Source: Abditibacteriaceae bacterium (GTDB lineage Bacteria; Armatimonadota; Abditibacteriia; Abditibacteriales; Abditibacteriaceae). From it: a stretch of 64,000 bases of DNA. The stretch spans positions 1 through 64,000 of the forward strand of contig JANPJS010000140.1 in NCBI GenBank assembly GCA_031425655.1, read 5' to 3'. Each line of letters begins with the position of its first letter. Position 1 is the stretch's first letter. Shown in pieces: positions 36,441 to 45,266 of this stretch. The position numbers and the translations under genes were made by a program. The notes beneath the pieces are model-generated. The model was not told where the DNA came from. It searched no databases and was given only the letters and a program-made list of their open reading frames with translations.

Positions 36441-38147
36441 ATGAAACACCTCACACAACGAGCCGCCGGAGCGACGTTAGCTCTTGGCCTATGCAGCTTC
36501 ACCATGTTTACAAACCATGCCAACGCTCAAGCAGCAACGCCCGTTTTACACGATGTCGTGGTTTATGGCGATTCGTCCGGCGCGGTCATCGCCGCGATTG
36601 CGGCTCAGCGCGATGGGCGCTCGGTCGTCTTGATCAACCCCACCGGCTTCGCGGGCGGCATGAGTGCCAGCGGCCTCGGTGCGACCGATTTTCTGGGCCG
36701 ACAAAACACCTTTGGCGGCATCGCCAAGGAGTTTTACGCGGGCGTGGCGAAGGCTTACGGCACGGATTTCGTGCGCAGCTTCGAGCCGCACGTCGGCAAA
36801 AAAGTCTTCGAACAGATGCTGGCGGACGCCGGCGTCACGGTGGTTTACAACGAAAAACTCGACCGCAATCCCGGCAAAGGCGTGAGCATGGACGGCAAGC
36901 GCATCAAGGCCATTACCACGCAGAGCGGCAAAACCTACCACGGCAAAATGTTCATTGACGCCACCTACGTCGGCGATTTGATGGCGGCGGCGGGGGTGAG
37001 TTACACCGTCGGGCGCGAACCGGAAGCGCAATACGGCGAAGACATGGCCGGAGTGCGGCGCGGCGACACCAATCCGCGCGTGCACTATGGCCAAAAGGAC
37101 AAAGACCACTTCGTCAAAGACGTTGACCCTTTTATCAAGCCCGGCGACCCGGCCAGCGGACTGCTGCCGCACGTCTACAAAATCGAAGGCCTGAAAAACG
37201 GGCAGGGCGACAAAAAAATTCAGGCCTACAACTACCGCGTTTGCCTCACCTCCAACCCGGAAAACCGCATCCCCATCGAAAAACCGGCGGGCTATAAAGA
37301 GATTGACCACGAGCTGCTGCTGCGGAACTTTGACGCGGGCGATATGCGCCTGCCCGCGCTCGTCGAACCGCTGGCCGGAACAGGTTCAAAGGTGGACTGG
37401 AACAACATGCACGCCGTCGGCTCGGACTATGTCGGCGCGAACTGGGAGTATCCCGAAGCCAGCTACGAGCGCCGCCGCGAGATCGAAAAAGCGCACGAAA
37501 CCTACATTCGCGGCTTCCTGTGGACAATGTCGAACAACCCGCGCGTGCCCGAAGCCATTCGCCAGCGCACCGCGAGCTATGGGCTGCCCAAAGACGAATT
37601 CACCGACAACGGCGGCTGGCCGTGGATGATTTACATCCGCGAAGCGCGGCGCATGGTGGGCGATTATGTGATGACGCAGATTGATTGCATGGGAACGCGC
37701 AAAGCGCCCGACCCGGTCGGCCTCGGCTCCTTCGGCATGGATTCGCACTGCGTTCAGCACATCGTCACCGACAACGGCAAGGTGCAAAACGAAGGCGTCA
37801 TCTGGCGCGTGCCGCCCAGGCCGTATGGCATTTCTTATCGCGCCATCGTGCCGAAAAAGGGCGAATGCGAAAACCTTTTTTCGCCGATTTGCCTTTCCGC
37901 TTCGCACGTCGCGCACGGCTCCATTCGCATGGAACCGGTTTTTATGGCGCTCGGCCAAAGCGCCGCCATCGCCGCAGGCATGGCCATAGACAGCAAAGTC
38001 AGCGTGCAGGATTTGCCCTATGCGGCGTTACGCGAAAAGCTCGTCGCCGCCGGACAGATTGTGGATTTGTCGCAACTGCCCGCAGCCAAACCCAAAGCCG
38101 ACACCACTAACGAAGCCGCTTCGTTAGTGGCCGGGAAAGGGAAGTAA
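36441..38147 (+). CDS. Secreted FAD-dependent oxidoreductase (FAD_oxidored type, often annotated xanthan-lyase-like)
   Basis: DVVVYG...GGMSASGLG; FIDATYVGDLMA; QAYNYR; YIREARRM; DSH; SASHVAHGSIRMEP. Confidence 0.85.
   Translation: MKHLTQRAAGATLALGLCSFTMFTNHANAQAATPVLHDVVVYGDSSGAVIAAIAAQRDGRSVVLINPTGFAGGMSASGLGATDFLGRQNTFGGIAKEFYAGVAKAYGTDFVRSFEPHVGKKVFEQMLADAGVTVVYNEKLDRNPGKGVSMDGKRIKAITTQSGKTYHGKMFIDATYVGDLMAAAGVSYTVGREPEAQYGEDMAGVRRGDTNPRVHYGQKDKDHFVKDVDPFIKPGDPASGLLPHVYKIEGLKNGQGDKKIQAYNYRVCLTSNPENRIPIEKPAGYKEIDHELLLRNFDAGDMRLPALVEPLAGTGSKVDWNNMHAVGSDYVGANWEYPEASYERRREIEKAHETYIRGFLWTMSNNPRVPEAIRQRTASYGLPKDEFTDNGGWPWMIYIREARRMVGDYVMTQIDCMGTRKAPDPVGLGSFGMDSHCVQHIVTDNGKVQNEGVIWRVPPRPYGISYRAIVPKKGECENLFSPICLSASHVAHGSIRMEPVFMALGQSAAIAAGMAIDSKVSVQDLPYAALREKLVAAGQIVDLSQLPAAKPKADTTNEAASLVAGKGK
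38058..38100 (+). repeat. Direct repeat DR5, copy a (copy b at 41216-41258)
   Basis: 43 bp, 37/43 identical; both copies encode IVDLSQLPAAKPKA and all six mismatches are synonymous. Confidence 0.92.
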
Positions 38148-38538
38148 ATTTGCTATGCGAAAACAGGTGAGTATGTAGTAGGCCGCGCGGCTGAATTGCG
38201 CCAAAGCCTCTATCCAATGGCTGCGGGCCGAATGGCTCGGCCAAAACCGTGACACTGCGGGCACCGTCAAACTGCGATTCGCCGCCGTTGTCTCGACGGC
38301 AGTTTTAGGACAGCGTCTCCAGCCTTTGCGGGATTTAGTGACGAGTGTTAGCCTGCGGGAACCATTGTTATAGGCGTCTGGTAGAATTTCACACGTTGGC
38401 ACTTGAGGTAGTGCGGCGAACACCTGAAGTGAGGACAGATTGTCAAAATAAATCATCCCGCTGGGTCAATTCATGCACTTGTGTCGGCTCAATCTCCTGT
38501 TTTTCCCGAATCTGCAATCAGAACACAAGCCAACGCTT

Positions 38539-39498
38539 ATGAAAAAGTTAATGCATCCCTTTGAAATAGCGCTCATGGTGATGCGCGATGAACTTGAGTT
38601 TTCTCTCGAACACTTCGGGCCAGTGCCTTGGAGCAACTTCCTGCTCAACCCCCGTAAACTGCGGGGCAGCGATTTTCTCATGCGATGGTCGCAAGGTGTA
38701 TGGAGTGAACAGCAGCTCGTGCGCGCTGTGGATGCCGCTGGTGAATTCTTTGCTCTGCCTTACGGACCGAGTGGCGTCGCTCCAACGGAAGACGTTCGGG
38801 CTTATGAACTCTACTTCGAGCGCCTTGAACACGCTGGTCTCGCAGCCATCAAACGACCAGACTTGCTCATATTCCGCGTCAACGACCGCACTGCTGTCGA
38901 AAAACTCATCAAAGACCTTGGCGGTTTGACGGAACTCCCCTTCATTCGCGAGGATGATCCGACGATGGCGAAACTTATCAAATTTTCGGTCATCGCCGTT
39001 GAGTGTGAAAACAGCCTGTGGAAGGCGCAGCAAATGCCGGGGTATAATCAGCCTCTTCGTCCGCAAAAGCGTCTGGCGGGGAAACTCGGTCTCTCGAAAA
39101 GTGCCGTCCTGCCAACTGTAATCGTGAAGCACGAAGACCTTGATCGGTTGGTCAACTGGCAGGAGACTCACCAGCGACCGATTCACATTTGGCACGCGTT
39201 TTATGATATTGCGTTTGGCCTCTCGCTTGAGAAGGCGCAAAATCTGGTCACGCAGGGGCTGATTGAGGGCACTGTCCAACTTTTTCAAGCACCGGGCGGT
39301 GCCAGTTCCAGCAAGGTTATTTACAAGTTTTACTACCACTATGCCTACCCTCTCGCGACATCGACGGGTGAACCGAAACTCGTGGCAGACTCCATCACCG
39401 ACAAGAACGGGCACATTCTTCCGTTTGTTCGGTTTGAAGGCGGCGGGCGCAGGCTTACTCCCGAAGCAATGGAGGAACTTCGCAAAGCAGCCTCATGA
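38539..39498 (+). CDS. Type II restriction endonuclease, AccI-like family
   Basis: SDFLMRWSQGVWSE; KRPDLL...VECENSLW, a PD-(D/E)xK-like site; translationally coupled to a methyltransferase; lower GC than the flanks. Confidence 0.75.
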   Translation: MKKLMHPFEIALMVMRDELEFSLEHFGPVPWSNFLLNPRKLRGSDFLMRWSQGVWSEQQLVRAVDAAGEFFALPYGPSGVAPTEDVRAYELYFERLEHAGLAAIKRPDLLIFRVNDRTAVEKLIKDLGGLTELPFIREDDPTMAKLIKFSVIAVECENSLWKAQQMPGYNQPLRPQKRLAGKLGLSKSAVLPTVIVKHEDLDRLVNWQETHQRPIHIWHAFYDIAFGLSLEKAQNLVTQGLIEGTVQLFQAPGGASSSKVIYKFYYHYAYPLATSTGEPKLVADSITDKNGHILPFVRFEGGGRRLTPEAMEELRKAAS

Positions 39499-41042
39499 TG
39501 ATTGCTGAGAACAAACCAATCCTCACAGCCGATATGTTGATCCCTACCGGGGGAGCCAAACGTGAGGCTTTGCGTGTCAACGGGCAGTTCTGGACTCCGG
39601 ACTGGGTGGCAGACGCGATGGTGACCTATGCTCTCGATGGTAAGTCTGACACGCTGTTTGATCCTGGCGTTGGTGCCGGTGCGTTTCTTCGAGCGGGGAG
39701 GCGCCTGCGAGGCCCTAACTTGAAACTGCGGGGACGAGAGATTGATCCTGCGGCCCTAATAGCAGCGTCGGAGTCGGGTTTGACTGCAGAAGACATGGCC
39801 GGGGTGGAATTGCGGGATTTTGCTTTGCATCCTCCCCTCGAAAAATACAGTGCAGTCGTGGCCAACCCGCCGTATGTGCGTCATCATAGGCTTTCGGAGT
39901 CCGCGAAAGCCACTCTTCATACGTTTGCACACAAATTGATCGGTCGCCCGATAGATGGCCGAGCCGGACTTCACGTTTTCTTTCTTCTCCGTTGCCTGAC
40001 CACGCTCGCAGTAGGTGGCCGATTAGCTTTCATCGTTTCAGCCGATATTTGTGAAGGTGTTTATGCTAGGACGCTCTGGGCATGGATAGCTTCGAGATTC
40101 TGCTTAGATGCAGTCGTGACCTTTGCTCCCGATGCGACGCCATTCCCCGGCGTTGACACAAATGCTGTGCTTTTCCTTGTGCGGCACGCGGCACCCAAAA
40201 AGGACTTCGCTTGGGTGCGCGTTGTGGCTCCGGGAGGGGATTCGTTGACTCGGTGGATAAAGGCAGGCCTTTCACATATTTTAAGTTTTGAAGACTTAGA
40301 AATCAATTCGCGGACTGCTGAAGAGGGTTTCGCAACGGGGCTTTCCCGCGCTCCTAGCGAAACTGAATCCGCACAACACTGCCTCGGTGATTTCGCCCGT
40401 GTCATGCGGGGCATTGCCACAGGAAGGAACGAGTTCTTCTTCATGACTGCTAAACGAGCTGACGAACTTGAAATTCCGACGAGATACTTTGTTCCAGCTA
40501 TCGGACGGATGCGTGATGTGCAAACTGAGCCATTCACCACTGCTGATCTTCGAGAATTAGAAGCCGCAAATCGGCCAACGCGCCTGCTTTCCCTGGTTGA
40601 TGAGCCGTGGGAAAAACTCCCACCAGCACTTCAACGTTATCTTCAATCTGGGGAAGAGGCTAACATCCCGGCGTGCACTCTCATTGCTACTCGTAATCCA
40701 TGGTATCGGATGGAGCGAAGGACGCCGCCGCCATTCTTTTTTGCTTATTTGGGCCGACGTGAAGTTCGGTTTATTCGCAATCAGACCGATGCAGTTCCAC
40801 TGACGTGCTTGCTGTGCATTTATCCATTTGATTCAACTTCTGAGAATCTTGACCGGCTATGGAGAGCTTTTTCCGATTCTCGAACACTGGCAAACCTTCG
40901 ACTTGTTGGGAAATCCTATGGCGACGGAGCTATAAAAGTTGAACCCCGCTCACTTCAGCAATTGCAGATTCCCGACGAAGTCCTCGTAGAATCAGGATTA
41001 CTGTCAGGCGCGAAACCAAAGCAGCACAAGCTGTGTTTTTGA
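39495..41042 (+). CDS. N6-adenine DNA methyltransferase (gamma class)
   Basis: GQFWTP (motif X), FDPGVGAGAF (motif I) and NPPY (motif IV) in gamma order, followed by a C-terminal target-recognition region. Confidence 0.9.
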   Translation: MMIAENKPILTADMLIPTGGAKREALRVNGQFWTPDWVADAMVTYALDGKSDTLFDPGVGAGAFLRAGRRLRGPNLKLRGREIDPAALIAASESGLTAEDMAGVELRDFALHPPLEKYSAVVANPPYVRHHRLSESAKATLHTFAHKLIGRPIDGRAGLHVFFLLRCLTTLAVGGRLAFIVSADICEGVYARTLWAWIASRFCLDAVVTFAPDATPFPGVDTNAVLFLVRHAAPKKDFAWVRVVAPGGDSLTRWIKAGLSHILSFEDLEINSRTAEEGFATGLSRAPSETESAQHCLGDFARVMRGIATGRNEFFFMTAKRADELEIPTRYFVPAIGRMRDVQTEPFTTADLRELEAANRPTRLLSLVDEPWEKLPPALQRYLQSGEEANIPACTLIATRNPWYRMERRTPPPFFFAYLGRREVRFIRNQTDAVPLTCLLCIYPFDSTSENLDRLWRAFSDSRTLANLRLVGKSYGDGAIKVEPRSLQQLQIPDEVLVESGLLSGAKPKQHKLCF

Positions 41043-41155
41043 CTGGCTATCGTTGAGGCAAACTTGATGCGTTGTGGATGGTCATAAACCGGATTCCTCC
41101 TCGTGGGTCGCTTCGTGGAGGTCATCGATATCGCAGCATCGCGCTGTTACATCTC

Positions 41156-41281
41156 ATGCAATTCCCACCTCGCCTTGCTTCGCTCATCGCGCTCGTTGCG
41201 TTCCTGACGCCCTTCATCGTTGATTTGTCGCAATTGCCCGCTGCGAAACCCAAAGCGGCAAAAGCGATTCCCTCGCCATGA
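41156..41281 (+). pseudogene. Chimeric mini-ORF: signal-peptide remnant joined to the oxidoreductase C-terminal remnant
   Basis: MQFPPRLASLIALVAFLTPF|IVDLSQLPAAKPKAAKAIPSP*; its TGA overlaps the ATG at 41278. Confidence 0.7.
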
Positions 41282-43914
41282 GAACCCTCCTGTCCATTCT
41301 GCTCGGCGGTGCCGCGTGGCTCGCGCCGATTGCGCTGGCCGCAGAAGCTCCCCCGCCGCGTCTCAAAGCCTTCTACACGCGCCTGCCGTATGACGATCAC
41401 GGCTTCACCGGCAAATACGCGGACATCGTCGTCGAGTTACCGCAGCGCGGGCAGTTCATTTTCAGCCGCGAGTTCGGTTATCAACCGCGCTGGCAACCGC
41501 TCGGCGGCAAGCCGCACTCCGTTGCGCGGCTGATTCCGCGCAAGGGCGACGGCCCGGATGAACGCCCCGACAGACACAACATCGCGTGCAATGCCGCCAT
41601 CGTTGAGCAGACGGATTCAAGCGTCACCGTTCATTGGCGCTACGCCCCGGACATCACGAAGCAGTCGTTCACCGACTTCCGCGCGGCTTATAACGAGGTC
41701 GGCAACCCCGCGCCGTTCTACGCTGAATACGCAGACGAATACTTCACCATCCACGCCGACGGCAAAGTCGTGCGCACGGTGAAAAACGGCTGCCATCGCC
41801 TCGCCGACTGGAACGATCCGCTCAACCAAATCGAACAGAGTTTGCAACTCACGCCGGGCGGCATCCGCGAAACGGCGCTGCGCCCCGCGAAACTTTCCAA
41901 GACGCCCAATCGCGCCATCTCCGGCTCGCCGCTGAAATCGGGCCGCAGCCAAAATTTGATCGGCCACTGGCGCTTCGATGAAGGCGCGGGCCTTGCGACC
42001 GCCGAAAAGCAATCGGGCAAAGCCTGCACCATCGGCGGCGCACAGGCTTACTGGCGTGCGGGCGTGTCGGGAACGTGTCTTTCCTTCGATTCCTACAGCA
42101 CCGCCGTGACGCTGCCCGCGCCACAAGCCCCGCAGTTCAAAGGCGAGTTCACCGTGTCCGCGTGGGTCGCTATTCAGGAATATCCCTTTAATTTGGCCGC
42201 GCTCGTGGATCACTGGGACGGCAAAAAAGGTTATCTGCTCGGCGTCAACGCCAAGGGCCAAGTCGAATTTAAGCTCGGCAATGGCGAAGTGGTTCAGGCG
42301 GCGACCACGGAACGTCTTCCGCTTTACGAATGGGTGCATGTGGCCGCTGTCGCCAAGAACGGCACTAACGCGGTCATTTATCTCAACGGAAAACCCGCCG
42401 CGAACACGGCGGGCGTCGCCGACTTCGCCAGCGCTGCGAACAGCGAACTGTCCATCGGCATGACGCGGTCGCTGCGGCAGTTTCCGCAGTTCGCCGAACG
42501 TGCGGTGACCAAGGGGTTTCAAACGGCGATGGTGTTCAGCGGCCTGATTGACGAAGTGCAGTTGTTCGACAAGGCGCTGGGCGAAGCCGAAATCGGCGCG
42601 GAACACGCGGCGCTGAGGCCGTCGGGGGCGCGGCCATTAAAACCGTGGGTGCTGCCCGCCGGGCCGGAAGTGTCGCCGGGTTTTCGCGCCGCACACACCA
42701 AGCTGAAATACAGCCCCGAATGGGACGGACTCTGGCGCATGGGCGATTATGCCGACATCGTGGTGACCTTTGCCGACAAGCCGTGGCGCTATGTCTTTTG
42801 GCGTGGAACGCGCTATTTGCCTTCGCTGGTCACGGCGCCCGGCGCGGGCGGCATCTGGAGCAACGACCAAGGGCCGGAACGCTACGAAAAGCAATGCTTC
42901 GAGCATATGTCCGACATGATTTGCCGCTTTTCCAATGCGCGCCTAATTCATCGCAGCGACGCGCGCGTGGTGGTGCATTGGCGCAACGCTTCGGCTTCGA
43001 TTTCATACGAGTGGCCCGCCAAAGACGCCAACGGTTGGGGCATTTGGACGGATGAATATTGGACGATTTACCCCGACGGCGCTTCGATTCGCCATCAATT
43101 GGTGCATAACAACACCGACAAGCCGATTTCGGCGGAGCTGAACCAAAACGAGATTCTTTGCCACCCCGGCCAGGCCACCGAAGACGTGATTCACGACGAT
43201 GGCGTGATTCTGTTCAATCCGCTTGGCCAAACCAGAACCATCAGCCGCACTAGCCCGCCCGCCAAGAAGGGCGAGGGTGACTGGAATCTTCAGGTCATCA
43301 ATCTCAAGGGAGCGACCAAGCAGTTCGAAATCGGCGAAATCGGCGCCTATGGCGAGACGACTTTGCACCGCGACATCTGGTGGCGCGGCTGGAACCATTA
43401 TCCTGTGCAACTCATTCCCAGCGACGGCACGCGCATAGTCACCTACGACCGCCCGACTTCGATGTGCCCGTCCACCTTTCGTGAGCTGCGCCACACGGAT
43501 GGCAACAACATCGAGGCGATGGTGATGTATGGCCTGACCGACAAACAACCCGGCGCATTGACGGCCTTGAATCGCTCGTGGAACTTCGCGCCCGCCGCCA
43601 CCGACACCAGCGGCTGCACCTTCAGCGGCTACGAGAAGCGCGAACGCGCCTTCAAGTTTGTAAAAACCGCCGCGCGCGTCGGCTTCACGCTGCGCGCCAG
43701 CAAAGAACAGCCGCTGGAAAACCCCGCGCTGCTCATCGCCAACTGGGGCGGGCGGGACGCCAACGTGGTGCTGAAAATCAACGGCCAAACCAAAACGCGC
43801 GGCACCGACTTCCGCAGCGGCATCGAAGTGGAAACCGACGGCACTTACTCGCTTGTCATCTGGCTGCCGCTGTCGGCGACCGAACCGCTTTCGCTGGAAA
43901 TCGGCGGGAAATAA
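41278..43914 (+). CDS. Secreted LamG-domain protein with a duplicated unknown flanking domain
   Basis: GHWRFDEG; FTVSAWV; WVHVAAV; IYLNG; FSGLIDEVQLFDKAL. Confidence 0.78.
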   Translation: MRTLLSILLGGAAWLAPIALAAEAPPPRLKAFYTRLPYDDHGFTGKYADIVVELPQRGQFIFSREFGYQPRWQPLGGKPHSVARLIPRKGDGPDERPDRHNIACNAAIVEQTDSSVTVHWRYAPDITKQSFTDFRAAYNEVGNPAPFYAEYADEYFTIHADGKVVRTVKNGCHRLADWNDPLNQIEQSLQLTPGGIRETALRPAKLSKTPNRAISGSPLKSGRSQNLIGHWRFDEGAGLATAEKQSGKACTIGGAQAYWRAGVSGTCLSFDSYSTAVTLPAPQAPQFKGEFTVSAWVAIQEYPFNLAALVDHWDGKKGYLLGVNAKGQVEFKLGNGEVVQAATTERLPLYEWVHVAAVAKNGTNAVIYLNGKPAANTAGVADFASAANSELSIGMTRSLRQFPQFAERAVTKGFQTAMVFSGLIDEVQLFDKALGEAEIGAEHAALRPSGARPLKPWVLPAGPEVSPGFRAAHTKLKYSPEWDGLWRMGDYADIVVTFADKPWRYVFWRGTRYLPSLVTAPGAGGIWSNDQGPERYEKQCFEHMSDMICRFSNARLIHRSDARVVVHWRNASASISYEWPAKDANGWGIWTDEYWTIYPDGASIRHQLVHNNTDKPISAELNQNEILCHPGQATEDVIHDDGVILFNPLGQTRTISRTSPPAKKGEGDWNLQVINLKGATKQFEIGEIGAYGETTLHRDIWWRGWNHYPVQLIPSDGTRIVTYDRPTSMCPSTFRELRHTDGNNIEAMVMYGLTDKQPGALTALNRSWNFAPAATDTSGCTFSGYEKRERAFKFVKTAARVGFTLRASKEQPLENPALLIANWGGRDANVVLKINGQTKTRGTDFRSGIEVETDGTYSLVIWLPLSATEPLSLEIGGK

Positions 43915-43927
43915 TGAGTTTGCCTCG

Positions 43928-45238
43928 ATGAAAAAGCTTCGGAACTGGTTCTTCATCGCGCTGCTTGCGCTCGCCCTACCGGTGTTCGGCCAGAGTCAGG
44001 CGCGGCCCAACATCGTGCTGATCTTGGCCGACGACTTGGGCTATGGAACGCTGGGTTGTTACGGCAACAAGGAAGTCAAAACGCCGCACATTGATCGCCT
44101 CGCCGCCAGCGGCACGCGCTTCACCGACTTCCACAGCAACGGCGCGCTTTGCTCACCAACGCGCGCGGCGTTGCTGACCGGGCGTTACCAACAGCGCTGT
44201 GTCGAAGTCGCCGACGAGGAGCTTTCGCCGGCCTTTCGTGAGCAGCGCAAAGCGAACCCGGTGCAACGCTGGGCGTGGGGCATTTCCCCTGAGGAACTGA
44301 CCCTGCCCGCGCTGCTAAAAACAGCGGGATACCGCACCGCGCTGATTGGCAAGTGGCATCTCGGCTACGACGAAAAATTTCATCCGCTGAACTACGGCTT
44401 CGACGAATTCCGTGGATTCATAGGCGGCAACGTGGACTATCACTCGCATATCGCGGGCTATGGCACGCAACAGTTAGATTGGTGGAACAACCGCAAGATC
44501 GAAAACGAAACCGGCTACGCCACCGATTTGCTGACCAAATACGCCACGGATTTCATCGCGCGAAACAAGGACGCGCCGTTTTTCCTCTATCTGGCGCACG
44601 GCGCGCCGCACAATCCCTGGCAAGGGCGCGATTTGCTCAATAAAAAATCGCCGGTGGAGACCTACAAGGAGGTCATCGGCGTGTTGGACGACTCGGTCGG
44701 CGCCGTAATCGCAGAACTACGCAAGCACCAACTCGAATCCAATACGCTCGTGATTTTCGGCTCCGATAACGGCCCGGCGCCGCCGAATGGTTTCGCGGCG
44801 AACGGCAATTTGCGCGGCAAGAAAAACACGCTCTACGAAGGCGGCCACCGCGTGCCCTTCATCGCGGCGTGGCCGGGAAAAATCGCGGCGGCGACCACCT
44901 GCGACGAACCGCTGATGAGCATGGACTTGCTGCCGACTTTGGCGAAAATCGCCGGTGCACCGCTGCCTGCCGAACGAAAATTTGACGGCGTTGACATTTT
45001 GCCGCTGCTCAAAAGCGCGCGCACCGAGGCACCTCGCGTTTTGCACTGGCAATCCGGCGACGATTGGGCAGTTCGCCGTGGTGCGTGGAAGCTGATCGGG
45101 CAGGGCCTCAAGCCGCTCACGCTGGTGAATCTTCACAACGACATCGGCGAAACCGATAATCTTTTGGCCCGCGAACCAGCACTCGCCGAGGAACTGCGCA
45201 AGGCGCACACGCAGTGGGCCAAATCGCTGAAAAACTGA
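43928..45238 (+). CDS. Arylsulfatase (S1)
   Basis: PNIVLILADDLGYG; CSPTRAALLTG; GKWHLG; SDNG; LYEGGHRVP. Confidence 0.92.
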   Translation: MKKLRNWFFIALLALALPVFGQSQARPNIVLILADDLGYGTLGCYGNKEVKTPHIDRLAASGTRFTDFHSNGALCSPTRAALLTGRYQQRCVEVADEELSPAFREQRKANPVQRWAWGISPEELTLPALLKTAGYRTALIGKWHLGYDEKFHPLNYGFDEFRGFIGGNVDYHSHIAGYGTQQLDWWNNRKIENETGYATDLLTKYATDFIARNKDAPFFLYLAHGAPHNPWQGRDLLNKKSPVETYKEVIGVLDDSVGAVIAELRKHQLESNTLVIFGSDNGPAPPNGFAANGNLRGKKNTLYEGGHRVPFIAAWPGKIAAATTCDEPLMSMDLLPTLAKIAGAPLPAERKFDGVDILPLLKSARTEAPRVLHWQSGDDWAVRRGAWKLIGQGLKPLTLVNLHNDIGETDNLLAREPALAEELRKAHTQWAKSLKN

Positions 45239-45266
45239 AGGGAACGGGCAGTCCCCAAAGAGATTT

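Noticed and set aside
38539..41042. The local RM system explaining site avoidance through the AccI site GTMKAC
   Set aside because: GTCTAC, GTAGAC and GTATAC all occur in the window, and specificity cannot be inferred from family resemblance.
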